A model generated the notes under the pieces. The model saw nothing but the letters and a program-made list of their open reading frames with translations, searched no databases and was not told where the DNA came from. Below, one piece after another: positions 1-10,125 of a DNA stretch of 64,000 nucleotides (its first letter is position 1; each line of letters starts with the position of its first letter). Position numbers and translations under genes: made by a program. The stretch comes from an uncultured Chloroflexia bacterium (lineage in GTDB: Bacteria > Chloroflexota > Limnocylindria > Limnocylindrales > CSP1-4). Location of the stretch: contig CAVYBU010000008.1 in assembly GCA_963766735.1 (NCBI GenBank), positions 319,744 to 383,743 on the forward strand, read 5' to 3'.

Positions 1-126
1 GATGACGGCGAGGCGGTCGCGGTCGCCGCCCACCAGCGGGGTCTCGTGCCCGAGACGGTGCTCGTGCGGCGCAGCTCGCTGGAGGACGTGTTCCTGCGGC
101 TCACCGGCCGCAGCCTGGTGGACTGA
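1..126 (+). CDS. ABC transporter ATP-binding protein (NodI/DrrA-like), 3' end only
   Basis: Frame 1 reads ...VLVRRSSLEDVFLRLTGRSLVD*, the typical C-terminus of ABC-2 ATPases; TGATG overlap with the next permease. Confidence 0.8.
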   Translation, partial: DDGEAVAVAAHQRGLVPETVLVRRSSLEDVFLRLTGRSLVD

Positions 127-974
127 TGGCCGTCGCGGAGGTCCCGGGGCGACCGCAGGCACCGGGCACCGGGGCGTCCATCCCCCGCCCGAGCCGCCTC
201 GCCGGCCTGCGCGCCACGTATGAGCACCAGTGGCTGCTCTACGTGCGGACCTGGCGCGGATCGATCTTCGGCAACTTCGCCCAGCCGGTCCTGTTCCTGG
301 TCGCGATGGGCATGGGCCTGGGCTCCTACGTGGACGCCGCGGGCAGCGACGCGATGGGCGGCGTGCCGTACCTGCAGTTCCTGGCGCCGGCCCTGCTCGT
401 CTCCACGGTCATGCAGGGCTCGGTGTTCGAGGCCACCTTCCCTGTCCTCTCCGGGTTCACCTGGGTTCGCCGCTACCACGCGATGTACGCGACCCCGCTG
501 ACCCCATACGCGATCGCGTTCGGCCAGCTGGCCTGGATCGCCACGCGAGCAACGCTCGTGGGCTCGATCTTCCTGGTGGTCATCCTGCTGTTCGGGGCCG
601 CCGCGACGCCCGGGATCATCCTCGCGGTGCCGGTGGGGACGTTGACGGCGCTCGCTTTCGCCGGGCCGATCGCCGCGTTCATGTCCTCGCAGCGCGACAC
701 GTCCGCCTTCAACGTGATCTGGCGTTTCGGGATCACGCCGCTGTTCCTGTTCTCGGGCACCTTCTTCCCGATCGAGCAACTACCGGAGCAGATCCGCTGG
801 ATGGCGTGGCTGCTGCCTCTGTGGCACGGCGTGGACCTCGCCCGGGCGCTCGCGCTGGGGACGGTGGCCGAGGATCCTCTCGTGCAGCTGGCCCACCTGG
901 TGATCCTGGGCTCGTGCGCGATCGGGGGGTCAATCGCGATGTTCGTCATGTTCCGTCGCCGGCTGGAGCGCTGA
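126..974 (+). CDS. ABC-2 type transporter permease
   Basis: About 6 TM helices; YLQFLAPALL and PLFLFSGTFFPI motifs. Confidence 0.9.
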   Translation: MAVAEVPGRPQAPGTGASIPRPSRLAGLRATYEHQWLLYVRTWRGSIFGNFAQPVLFLVAMGMGLGSYVDAAGSDAMGGVPYLQFLAPALLVSTVMQGSVFEATFPVLSGFTWVRRYHAMYATPLTPYAIAFGQLAWIATRATLVGSIFLVVILLFGAAATPGIILAVPVGTLTALAFAGPIAAFMSSQRDTSAFNVIWRFGITPLFLFSGTFFPIEQLPEQIRWMAWLLPLWHGVDLARALALGTVAEDPLVQLAHLVILGSCAIGGSIAMFVMFRRRLER

Positions 975-976
975 CG

Positions 977-1786
977 ATGCTGCAGCTGGCCGCCCTCGGG
1001 CGCGTCCTCCCGTTCGGCATCGGTGGGCGTCGGGCGCTGCTCCTGGTCGAGCGCAACGTCCTCGTCTACAGGAACAGCTGGATGATCATCCTGTCCGGCT
1101 TCTTCGAGCCGCTGTTCTACCTGCTCGCGATCGGCCTGGGGATCGGTGGGATCGTGGGGGACATCCCCGGGCCCGACGGCACGATGATCCCGTATCCGGT
1201 CTTCGTGGCGCCGGCGCTGCTGGCGTCGGCGTCGATGAACGGGGCGATCGCCGAATCCACCTTCAACGTGTTCTTCAAGCTCAAGTTCCAGAAGACGTAC
1301 GACGCCGTCCTGGCGACGCCGCTGGGCCCCGGCGACGTGGCGCTGGGCGAGATCGGCTGGGCGGTGATCCGGGCGACCCTGTACGCGTTGGGGTTCATCG
1401 TCGTGATCGTCCTCATGGGGCTCGTCGGGTCTCCGTGGGCGGTGTTCGCGGTCCCGGCAGCGACGCTGCTGGCATTCGCGTTCGCGGCGACCGGGATGGC
1501 GGCGACCACCTACATGCGCTCGTGGCAGGACTTCGACCTGATCAGCCTTGTCGTGCTGCCGCTGTTCCTGTTCAGCGGCACGTTCTACCCGCTCACGGCC
1601 TACCCGGAGCCCCTGCGCGTCCTCATCATGCTCACCCCGCTGTGGCAGGGGACCGACATGATCCGCGCGCTGGTCACGGGCTACGTGGAGCCGTCGATCC
1701 TGTGGCACGTGGCGTATCTCGGGACGATGGGGCTGGTCGGCCTGTCGATCGTGGGGCGCCGGCTCGACCGGCTGCTGCTCAAGTAG
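977..1786 (+). CDS. ABC-2 type transporter permease
   Basis: C-terminal part of ORF 230..1786; GFFEPLFYL and PLFLFSGTFYPL; ATG 2 nt after the previous stop. Confidence 0.9.
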   Translation: MLQLAALGRVLPFGIGGRRALLLVERNVLVYRNSWMIILSGFFEPLFYLLAIGLGIGGIVGDIPGPDGTMIPYPVFVAPALLASASMNGAIAESTFNVFFKLKFQKTYDAVLATPLGPGDVALGEIGWAVIRATLYALGFIVVIVLMGLVGSPWAVFAVPAATLLAFAFAATGMAATTYMRSWQDFDLISLVVLPLFLFSGTFYPLTAYPEPLRVLIMLTPLWQGTDMIRALVTGYVEPSILWHVAYLGTMGLVGLSIVGRRLDRLLLK

Positions 1787-1887
1787 GGGCGAGGGCGCGG
1801 CGACGGATCGGGGCGCTGCGTTCTTCATCGTGGCTCCCCGTCGCGGCTCCCGACCACGTTCGCCGTCGGGGCCGGTAGCATCCGTCG

Positions 1888-2628
1888 ATGCCCGCCACCG
1901 ATCCGTCCGAAGTCCTTGCCGAGGCGCGCTCGGCCTCTGGCCCCGCAGCCCTCGGCGCCGCGATCCGCGATTGCCGCGCATGCCCCCGCCTGGTCGAGTG
2001 GCGCGAGGACCAGGCGAGGATCAAGGTCGCCCGCTTCCGCGACGAGACCTACTGGGGTCGCCCCGTCCCGGGTTTCGGTCCCGCCGACGCCCGGATCCTC
2101 CTCGTCGGCCTTGCCCCGGCGGCGCACGGCGCCAACCGCACGGGCCGCGTGTTCACGGGCGATGCCTCCGGGGACTTCCTCTGGCGCGCGCTCCATGCCG
2201 CCGGCCTCGCCAGCCAGCCCGATGGCCGCCGTGCAGGCGACGGGCTCGAGCTGCGCGGCACCCGTGTCGTCGCGGCGGTCCGGTGTGCGCCCCCGGCCAA
2301 CAAGCCCACCCCGCTGGAGCAGGCAACCTGCCGACCATGGCTCATCCGAGAGCTGGAGGTCATGGCGGAGCTCGCGGTCATCATTCCGCTCGGCGCCATC
2401 GGCTGGGCTGCATCCCTGCGGACCCTGGCCGCCCTCGGCCACGCGACCCCGACACCGGGACCGCGCTTCGGCCACGGCGCAGAGGCGCGGATCGGCCCGT
2501 ACGCACTGGTTGGCTCCTATCACCCGAGCCAGCAGAACACGTTCACCGGTGTCCTGACCCCGCCGATGCTGGGTGACGTCCTGGAGCGGGCGAAGGCGCT
2601 GGCCGGGCTCGCGCCCCGGAGCCGATAG
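1888..2628 (+). CDS. udgB: Uracil-DNA glycosylase, family 5 (UdgB-like, Fe-S)
   Basis: CRACPRL, GLAPAAHGANRTGRVFTGD, RCAPPANKP and HPSQQN motifs. Confidence 0.9.
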   Translation: MPATDPSEVLAEARSASGPAALGAAIRDCRACPRLVEWREDQARIKVARFRDETYWGRPVPGFGPADARILLVGLAPAAHGANRTGRVFTGDASGDFLWRALHAAGLASQPDGRRAGDGLELRGTRVVAAVRCAPPANKPTPLEQATCRPWLIRELEVMAELAVIIPLGAIGWAASLRTLAALGHATPTPGPRFGHGAEARIGPYALVGSYHPSQQNTFTGVLTPPMLGDVLERAKALAGLAPRSR

Positions 2629-2641
2629 ACTCTCCTTGCCC

Positions 2642-3766
2642 ATGGCAGCAGAGCGCGATTTCTACGAAGTGCTCGGCGTCGAGCGTACGGCCAACGACGC
2701 CGAGATCAAGCGCGCCTACCGCAAGCTCGCCCAGCAGTGGCACCCCGACGTCAACAAGGAAGCCGCGGCGCAGGATCGCTTCAAGGAGGTCAACGAGGCC
2801 TACCAGGTCCTGGGCGATCCGCAGCGCCGGCAGACCTACGACATGTTCGGCCGGGCGGGCCTCGGTGCTGCTGGGGGAGCGGGCGGAGACCCCGGCTTCG
2901 GCACTGCGGGCTTCGGCGGCTTCTCGGACATCTTTGACGCGTTCTTCGGCGGCGCGGCGGCCGGTGGCGCAAGGCGGGGACGGCCAACCACGGGCTCGGA
3001 CCTCCGCTATGACCTGCGCATCTCATTTGTCGAGGCCGTGCTGGGCACCGAGAAGGAGATCGAGTTCCCGGTCCTCGGCGCCTGCGACACGTGCGGCGGC
3101 ACCGGTGCGAAGGCGGGAACGTCGCCCGTCCAGTGCACGCAGTGCAACGGGCGCGGCGAGGTCCGCTCCATCCGCAACACGATGCTGGGCCAGATGGTCA
3201 GCGCATCCCCGTGCCCCCGCTGTCGTGGTGAGGGCAGGATCGTGGAGTCGCCGTGCGACGGCTGCCGTGGCGAGGGCCGCACCGAGCGCCGTCGGAGCCT
3301 GCGCGTGACGATCCCGGCCGGTATCGACGAGGGTCACCAGATCCGTCTCTCCAACGAGGGCGAGACGGGGCCGCGGGGCGGCGCGCCGGGGAGCCTGTAC
3401 GTCGCCGTGCACGTCGCAGATCACCCGTCCCTCACCCGAGAGGGCACGGAGCTCATCTACGAGGCCGAGATCTCGATCGCCCAGGCCGCGCTGGGGACGA
3501 AGCTGAACGTGCCCACGGTCGAGGGCGACGGCACGGAGGTCGAGATCAAGGCCGGCACCCAGCCCGGGACGGAGATCCGGCTCCGTGGCCGCGGCGTGCC
3601 GCACCTGCGGCGCCAGTCGGTGCGCGGCGACCTCCACGTCGTCGTCAACGTCAGCGTCCCGACGAAGCTGTCGAAGCGCGAGCGCGAGCTGCTGGAGGCA
3701 TACGCGAAGGAGGCCGGCGAGGGCGTCTCTGCCGGTGGCGGGCTGCGCGAGAAGCTGGGCCTGTGA
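2642..3766 (+). CDS. dnaJ: Molecular chaperone DnaJ
   Basis: J domain with HPD, G/F-rich region, four CxxCxGxG repeats. Confidence 0.97.
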   Translation: MAAERDFYEVLGVERTANDAEIKRAYRKLAQQWHPDVNKEAAAQDRFKEVNEAYQVLGDPQRRQTYDMFGRAGLGAAGGAGGDPGFGTAGFGGFSDIFDAFFGGAAAGGARRGRPTTGSDLRYDLRISFVEAVLGTEKEIEFPVLGACDTCGGTGAKAGTSPVQCTQCNGRGEVRSIRNTMLGQMVSASPCPRCRGEGRIVESPCDGCRGEGRTERRRSLRVTIPAGIDEGHQIRLSNEGETGPRGGAPGSLYVAVHVADHPSLTREGTELIYEAEISIAQAALGTKLNVPTVEGDGTEVEIKAGTQPGTEIRLRGRGVPHLRRQSVRGDLHVVVNVSVPTKLSKRERELLEAYAKEAGEGVSAGGGLREKLGL

Positions 3767-4815
3767 GCGCGAGGCCCCCGGCCTCGGCCGAGTCCGGGGC
3801 CGAGGCGATCGCGGATCCGCTCGCCGGCATCGATCTCGCCGCTGCTGCGGCCATGCCGGGCACCTGGCTGGAGCTCTCCGTTGCCGCCGACCACGAGGCC
3901 GTCGAGGCAGTCTCCGAGATCCTGTCCCGGGCCGCGCCCGGAGGGACCAGCGTGGAGCCCGCGTTCGAGCTGGTCGAAGAGGGCCTCGCCGCCCGCGTGG
4001 ACCTCGCCCGGCCGGCGATGGTCCGCGCCCATCTCCCGATCCTGGACGTCGGAGCGATCCGCGCGGCCGTCTCACGGGCGGACCGGGAGCTCGGCCACCT
4101 CCAGGCGTTCGGCATGCGGCCGATCGGCGACCTGGCCGCGGCCATCGTCCTGGAGGCCGACTGGGCCAACGCCTGGAAGGCGCACTTCCCCGTGCTCCGC
4201 GTGGGCCGGCGCATCGTCATCCGGCCCACCTGGCGGCGTCACCGGCGGCAGCCGGACGACGTCGTGCTCGCCCTGGACCCCGGCATGGCGTTCGGCACCG
4301 GGCTCCACCCGACCACCCGCCTCTGCCTCGCCGCGCTCGAGTCGCTGGCGGACCGAGGGGTCCTGGAGCGCGGCGGGGCGGACGGTGGGCCCTCGCGCGT
4401 CCTGGACGTTGGATCCGGATCCGGGATCCTGTCGATCGCGGCGGCCAGGCTCGGTGCGCGGAGCGTCCTGGCGGTGGACGTGGACCCGATCGCGGTGGCG
4501 GCGAGCACGGCCAATGCGCGGCGCAACCGCCTGGCGCGCGTGATCCGCGCCCGCGAGGGGAGCGCGCCGAGCGGCGAGGGCCCGTTCGACGTGGTCCTGG
4601 CGAACCTCATCGCGTCGCTGCTGATAACGCTTGCGGACGGCCTGGCGGCGGACCTGGGGCCGGGCGGCACCCTGATCGCGTCCGGGATCTTCCTGACCCG
4701 CGAGGCGGACGTCGTCGAGGCTCTCGCCGCCCGCGGCCTGGATGTCGCCAACCGGTGGGCCGAAGGCGACTGGGTCGCACTCGAGCTCCACGGCCCTTCG
4801 GCGGATTCCGCCTGA
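3763..4815 (+). CDS. prmA: Ribosomal protein L11 methyltransferase
   Basis: LDPGMAFGTGLHPTT, VLDVGSGSGIL, ANLI; GTGA overlap with dnaJ. Confidence 0.93.
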   Translation: MSARPPASAESGAEAIADPLAGIDLAAAAAMPGTWLELSVAADHEAVEAVSEILSRAAPGGTSVEPAFELVEEGLAARVDLARPAMVRAHLPILDVGAIRAAVSRADRELGHLQAFGMRPIGDLAAAIVLEADWANAWKAHFPVLRVGRRIVIRPTWRRHRRQPDDVVLALDPGMAFGTGLHPTTRLCLAALESLADRGVLERGGADGGPSRVLDVGSGSGILSIAAARLGARSVLAVDVDPIAVAASTANARRNRLARVIRAREGSAPSGEGPFDVVLANLIASLLITLADGLAADLGPGGTLIASGIFLTREADVVEALAARGLDVANRWAEGDWVALELHGPSADSA

Positions 4816-4901
4816 CCGGAGGGGCGGCTGCAGGCGTGACGGCGCTGCGCGGATGCCCGCACAAGTGCTCCCCGCGGTCCCTGCGCTACGATCCGGCCCC
4901 A

Positions 4902-5390
4902 ATGCCGGACCTGTCCTTCCTGTTCCCGTACATCCTTGCGACGCACATCAGCCTGGCGATCGCGCTGTTCGTGCCCAGCCTGCTTCTGCCGTTCACGCTC
5001 CGCAACCGCCTCGTCAACCGCGGCTACGACGCGCCGCAGTCCGGCCGTTTCGTGGGGCTGATGCTCGCGATGCAGGCGCGTGGAGGGATCGTCATCGGCG
5101 CGGGCCTTGCGCTGACCGGCCTCGCGATGGTCGCGGTTCTCGGGACGCGCATCCTGGAGCAGCCGTGGCTGATGGTCAGCCTCGCGATGTATGCGGCCAC
5201 GGCGGTCGTCGCCTTCGCGATCCAGCGGCCGACGTTGCGCCGCCTCGTCCGCCGTGACGGGATCGAGACCGACGAGGAGCGCGAGGCCTGGCGCGCAAAG
5301 GCCCGGGGTCAGCGATACATCGCCTACGCGATCACCACCGCCGTGGGGCTCATCGCGTTCCTGATGTCCACGAAGCCCGTCCTGTGGTGA
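4902..5390 (+). CDS. Four-TM membrane protein (DUF2269-like)
   Basis: 4 hydrophobic segments with an early His; ends FLMSTKPVLW. Confidence 0.7.
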   Translation: MPDLSFLFPYILATHISLAIALFVPSLLLPFTLRNRLVNRGYDAPQSGRFVGLMLAMQARGGIVIGAGLALTGLAMVAVLGTRILEQPWLMVSLAMYAATAVVAFAIQRPTLRRLVRRDGIETDEEREAWRAKARGQRYIAYAITTAVGLIAFLMSTKPVLW

Positions 5391-6928
5391 GCGCCGGCCG
5401 CGCGGTTCGAGCAGCAGCCCCGGACGCGGCGGATGGCGCGCGTCCCCGGTCCGCCGCCATCGTCAACCTCGGCTGCAAGGTCAACCAGTCCGAGATGGAG
5501 GCCGCGGCCCGGCTCCTGCGCGAGGCGGGCGTCCCGCTCGTGGACCCGCACGATGCCGCGGACCTGTACCTCGTGAACACCTGCACCGTCACCTCCACCG
5601 CGGACGAGAAGTCCCGAGCCGCCGTCCGGCGTGCGCGTCGCGCGAACCCGGAGGCACAGGTCGTCGTGACCGGCTGCTCCGTCGCGGTGGACCCGGCGGT
5701 CTTCGCCGCCGTGGACGCCCGCGCCCGCCTGGTGGGCAACGATGACAAGGCCGCATTCCTGGCGGAGCTGGAGACGCTGCTGCGGATCGGCGGAGCCCCG
5801 GACGTGGGTGATCAGCCGGGCTCACCGCTTGATGCCGCCCTGCCCACCCTGTCCGGCGTGGAAGCGGTCAGCGCCGGCCGCATCGACGGCATCGCGGACG
5901 ATCGCGCGTCGGTCGAGCGCACCCGCGCCTTCGTCAAGGTCCAGGACGGATGCTCGTTCCACTGCACGTACTGCATCATCCCGCGAGCCCGCGGCGACGA
6001 ACGATCCCTCTCCCCGGAGGTCGTGCTGGCGGACGTGCGGCGCGCGCTGGCGGCCGGACACCGGGAGATCGTGCTGACCGGGATCAACATCGGCACGTAC
6101 GACGGGGGCTGGTCGGAGCGAGGTGCACGCGGCTCCCACGTGCGCGCCGCGCTGACCCTGGCCGGCCTGGTCCGGCGGATCCTGGCCGAGACGCCCGCGG
6201 AGCGGATCCGTCTCAGCTCGATCGAGCCCCAGCACGTGGACGAGGAGCTCCTCGCCGCCTGGGTCGACGGCGCGCCACGCACGCTCCCGCACCTGCACCT
6301 GCCGCTCCAGTCCGGCGACGACGGGGTGCTGCGCCGCATGGGCCGCCGCTACGGTTCCGACGACTACGCGCGCGTCGTGGAGCGCGTCCGGGACGCGATC
6401 CCCGGCGTGGCGATCCACGCGGACGTCATCGCGGGCTTCCCGACTGAGGACGAGGCGGCGTTCGCGCGGTCCATCGCGTTCATCCGGGGGCTGGACCCGG
6501 CCGGGCTGCACGTCTTCCGGTACTCGGCGCGGCCGGGGACACCCGCGACCCGGATGGAGGGCGCGGTGGACGAGAGGACGAAGAAGGTGCGCGCGGGCGA
6601 GCTGCTGGCGGTGGCCGCGGACGCGCGCGCCGGGTTCGCACGGCGGGGGCTGGGGACGGAGACGCGTGTCCTGGTCGAGACCCGGCTGCCGGATGGCCGA
6701 TGGGTGGGCCACGCCGAGGACCACGTGCTGGTGGCGGTGACGAGGCGTCCGCGCGATCCGGCCGACCTCGAGAATGCGATCCTGACGGTGCGCCGGGCGG
6801 CGATCGACCCCGACGTCGCCGAGCGCGTCACGGGTGCGATGCTCCACGTTGACCCGGCGCCGCGTACCCTGCGGGCGACGCTGCCCGTGCTCGCCGGCTC
6901 GCCGGCCCAGATCGGAGGAGACGCATGA
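5387..6928 (+). CDS. mtaB: tRNA methylthiotransferase, MtaB-type radical SAM
   Basis: LGCKVNQSE, VNTCTVT, KVQDGCSFHCTYC (CxxxCxxC); lies after prmA. Confidence 0.88.
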   Translation: MSAGRAVRAAAPDAADGARPRSAAIVNLGCKVNQSEMEAAARLLREAGVPLVDPHDAADLYLVNTCTVTSTADEKSRAAVRRARRANPEAQVVVTGCSVAVDPAVFAAVDARARLVGNDDKAAFLAELETLLRIGGAPDVGDQPGSPLDAALPTLSGVEAVSAGRIDGIADDRASVERTRAFVKVQDGCSFHCTYCIIPRARGDERSLSPEVVLADVRRALAAGHREIVLTGINIGTYDGGWSERGARGSHVRAALTLAGLVRRILAETPAERIRLSSIEPQHVDEELLAAWVDGAPRTLPHLHLPLQSGDDGVLRRMGRRYGSDDYARVVERVRDAIPGVAIHADVIAGFPTEDEAAFARSIAFIRGLDPAGLHVFRYSARPGTPATRMEGAVDERTKKVRAGELLAVAADARAGFARRGLGTETRVLVETRLPDGRWVGHAEDHVLVAVTRRPRDPADLENAILTVRRAAIDPDVAERVTGAMLHVDPAPRTLRATLPVLAGSPAQIGGDA

Positions 6929-7269
6929 GTGATGACTGCCTGTTCTGCAGGATGGCCACCGGCCAGATCCAGGTCGCGCGCCTCCACGAGGACGGCCTCG
7001 TGTTCGCCATCCGCGACATCAATCCGCAGGCACCCACCCACGTCCTCGTCGTGCCCAGGGCCCACATCGTGTCGGCGGCCGAGCTGACGGACGAGTCCGG
7101 GCCGCTCCTGGGGCGGCTGTTCGCCGTCGCGGCCGAGATCGCTGCACGCGAGGGCCTCGATGGCGGCTGGAGGCTCGTGAGCAACGTCGGCGCGGACGCC
7201 GGGCAGTCCGTGGCGCATCTCCACGTCCACCTGCTCGGCGGGCGCGCGATGGGCTGGCCGCCCGGATGA
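6925..7269 (+). CDS. Histidine triad (HIT) nucleotide-binding protein
   Basis: DCLFC, DINPQAPTHVLVVP, HLHVHLLGGR. Confidence 0.95.
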   Translation: MSDDCLFCRMATGQIQVARLHEDGLVFAIRDINPQAPTHVLVVPRAHIVSAAELTDESGPLLGRLFAVAAEIAAREGLDGGWRLVSNVGADAGQSVAHLHVHLLGGRAMGWPPG

Positions 7270-7856
7270 CGGGTTCGCCCGACCACGGCGGCACCGATGC
7301 CACCACACCGTCCCGCCGTGGCGGCGGTCCGCCGCTCGTGATCGCGGGGCTCGCCATCGGCAGCCTCGCACTGGGCGTGTTGCTGATGATCGTCTCGGCG
7401 CTGGGCCTCGGTACCGGAACCGGCGCCACGCCCACCACGGTGCCCGACGGCGAGGCCGCGCGGCTCACCCACGCTCTCGTCGTCAAGGCGCTCGGGGATG
7501 CGTCGTTCCAGGTCCAGGACCCGCCCAACGACTACCGCCCGGGCGAGAGCCCGGAGCTGTACTCCGTGCCGCGCGGCCTCGTCCAGGTGATCGTCCCGTC
7601 CGAGCCCGAGGGCGAGCACGTCGTGATCTACGAGCTCCCGTCCGCCAACGAGGCGGACCGCGTGGGGCGCGAGTTCGCGGCGTACCTGGCCAGCGGGACA
7701 GGTGCCATCCAGTACCCACGCGATTCGCGGTTCGTCATCCGGCGGGTCGGCCAGACGCTGGTGTTCTTCCCGTGGTCGCCGTCGGCCTCCGCGGACCCAC
7801 GTGTCGCGGAGCTGGCGGCCGTTCTGGAGACGGTGGGGACGGCGGTCGGGCCGTGA
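7266..7856 (+). CDS. Hypothetical membrane-anchored protein
   Basis: One N-terminal TM helix; ATGA-coupled to the HIT gene; GC-rich codon pattern. Confidence 0.7.
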   Translation: MTGSPDHGGTDATTPSRRGGGPPLVIAGLAIGSLALGVLLMIVSALGLGTGTGATPTTVPDGEAARLTHALVVKALGDASFQVQDPPNDYRPGESPELYSVPRGLVQVIVPSEPEGEHVVIYELPSANEADRVGREFAAYLASGTGAIQYPRDSRFVIRRVGQTLVFFPWSPSASADPRVAELAAVLETVGTAVGP

Positions 7857-7908
7857 GTGAGGGCCGCGAACCCCGGGCGATGGCGGGATCCTGCCACACG
7901 GCGCGGAC

Positions 7909-8364
7909 GTGATCCAGACGTTCCGCGCCACGATCCAGCAGACCGGCAAGACCGCGTGCGGTATCCAGGTGCCCGAGGAGGTCGTCGTGGGCTTGGGTGG
8001 GAGCAAGCGCCCGGCCGTCGTGGTCAGCCTGGATGGCTATACCTACCGGTCCACCGTCGCGCCGATGGGGGACGAGTGGTGGGTGGGCGTCAACTCCGAC
8101 CACCGCGCCGCGTCCGGCCTCAAGGCCGGCGACGAGGTCCAGGCGATTCTCGACCTGGACACGGCGCCCCGCGAGCTTGCGGTTCCTCCGGAGCTGGCTG
8201 CTGCCCTCGAGGCGGATCCGGTCGCGAAGGCGTTCTTCGACGGGCTCTCGTACAGCAACAAGCGGGTGTTCACGCTCAGCGTGGAGGGGACGAACAACCC
8301 GGAGACGAAGGCCCGACGGGTCGAGAAGGCAATCGCCCTGATGCGCGAGGGCCGCGTCCGCTAG
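7909..8364 (+). CDS. DUF1905 / YdeI-OmpD-associated family protein
   Basis: GYTYRSTVAPMG, VPPELAAAL, ETKARRVEKAI. Confidence 0.85.
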   Translation: MIQTFRATIQQTGKTACGIQVPEEVVVGLGGSKRPAVVVSLDGYTYRSTVAPMGDEWWVGVNSDHRAASGLKAGDEVQAILDLDTAPRELAVPPELAAALEADPVAKAFFDGLSYSNKRVFTLSVEGTNNPETKARRVEKAIALMREGRVR

Positions 8365-10034
8365 GCGGCTGGCCCGTCGTCGTCCACCGGCAGCGGAGCG
8401 TCGACCGCAGCCCACGAGCGGACGGGTTCGCGCTTCACCTTGAACGTGTGCGTGCGCGGGAAGTCCACCTCCGGCCAGAGCCGCCAGCCGGCGATGCGCT
8501 GGTTGGGGCCCAGCGCCGCGTTCGCCCGCTTGACGGCCGCCTCGATCGCCGTCCGGACCTCCTCCGGCGACGAGACTTCGAGCGGCGGCGTGGCGCGCGC
8601 GTCGCCCGGCGAAGCGTGCGACTGCGGTGCCAGCACGACGGCCTCGATCCGCCCGGGCCTCGTCTCGAGCACGACGGAATCGCGGATCCCGGCCACACGC
8701 AGCGCGTTCTCGAGGTCTTCGGGGTACACGTTGAACCCGTTGGGCAGGACGATGATGTCCTTCTTGCGCCCCTGCAGGTGGAGCCGGCCCTTCTCGTCGA
8801 GCCGGCCGAGGTCGCCGGACTTGTACCAGCCGTCTTCCGTGAAGGCCGCGGCCGTCGCCTCTGGGTTGTTCCAGTAGGCCTTGAACACGTTGGGGCCCCT
8901 GAACTGGATCTCACCGTCCTCCGCGATCCGCAGCTCGATGGGCTTTGGAGGCCAGCCCACGCAACCGGTCGGGTGGTCGTCCATCGTTGTGCAGCAGCCC
9001 GCCGCGGTCTCCGTGGAGCCGTATCCCTGGAGGACGATGACGCCCATGTCCTCCCACGCCTGCTGGAGCGCGGGCGGCAGGAACGCGCCGGCCGCGACGA
9101 ACAGGCGCACGCCGCCGCCGAGCTGCGTGTGGACGCTCCGGAACAGCAGGCGCCGGGCGCGGTACGGCAGCCGCCGCGCAACTGCCCGCATCCGGTTGAA
9201 CGTCGCCGTCCGGCCCTGTTTCTCCACCTCGCGCTCGACCGCGCTCCAGAACAGGTCCAGCAGCTGCGGCACGAGCAGCATCGAGGTGACGCGGTGCTCC
9301 CGCAGCGAGTCGAAGATGACCCGCGGGTTCCGGCTCCGGACATACAGGATGTCGGCGCCGACGTCCATCCCGTAGAACAGCGAGACCGCCTGCTCCAGCG
9401 AGTGCGAGAGTGGGAGCAGCGAGACGATCCGGTGTTCTATCGGGTTGATGATCCGGTGGAAGGAGCTCACGCCGGCCAGGACGCTGCCGTGGGTGAGCAT
9501 CACGCCCTTGGGTTTGCCGGTGGTGCCCGAGGTGAACACCAGCTGGAACGTGTCGTCGGTGGCCGGACGTTCCCAGCCGGCGACCTGCGCCTCCCAGTCG
9601 GCCGGGAAGGTCTCGTCCGGATCCGCAGACAGCTCCTCGATGATCGTGGTCGGGAACGTCTCCAGCCCTACCTCGCCGGGATCCGGCGCGTCCCGCCCGG
9701 AGCCCACCAGGAGCCGGACGGCGCCCGACGCCGAGATGATGTTCGTGATCGCGTCGGTGGACATGCGCGAATCGAGCGGCACGTAGATCAGCCGTGCGTA
9801 CATCGCGCCGTAGTAGGCGGCCGGCAGGGCCGGCGTGGACGGAGACCAGGTCAGGACCCGGTCACCGGGCTGCAGACCCAGTGCCCGGAGCCGCCAGCCG
9901 GCGATCCGGCCGCGGCGCAGCACCTCGCGATAGCTCCAGTGGAACGTGGTGCCGTCGTCACGGCGGAGGCCGAGCGCGTCGCGGTCCCCGAACCGCGCGG
10001 CGCTGCCCTCGAGGAGATCGAGCAACGTCTCCAT
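8361..10034 (-). CDS. AMP-binding enzyme, long-chain acyl-CoA synthetase-like
   Basis: FTSGTTGKPKG, QGYGSTE, WYKSGDLG, GRKKDII. Confidence 0.9.
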   Translation of the reverse strand: METLLDLLEGSAARFGDRDALGLRRDDGTTFHWSYREVLRRGRIAGWRLRALGLQPGDRVLTWSPSTPALPAAYYGAMYARLIYVPLDSRMSTDAITNIISASGAVRLLVGSGRDAPDPGEVGLETFPTTIIEELSADPDETFPADWEAQVAGWERPATDDTFQLVFTSGTTGKPKGVMLTHGSVLAGVSSFHRIINPIEHRIVSLLPLSHSLEQAVSLFYGMDVGADILYVRSRNPRVIFDSLREHRVTSMLLVPQLLDLFWSAVEREVEKQGRTATFNRMRAVARRLPYRARRLLFRSVHTQLGGGVRLFVAAGAFLPPALQQAWEDMGVIVLQGYGSTETAAGCCTTMDDHPTGCVGWPPKPIELRIAEDGEIQFRGPNVFKAYWNNPEATAAAFTEDGWYKSGDLGRLDEKGRLHLQGRKKDIIVLPNGFNVYPEDLENALRVAGIRDSVVLETRPGRIEAVVLAPQSHASPGDARATPPLEVSSPEEVRTAIEAAVKRANAALGPNQRIAGWRLWPEVDFPRTHTFKVKREPVRSWAAVDAPLPVDDDGPAA

Positions 10035-10125
10035 GATCGGCCGATCCTAGTCGGAACCGCGGCAGCGGGGAAGGGGCGAATGTCATTCGGCTGCCCGGTC
10101 AGGCCAGCCAGGCCGGCCGCGCCGG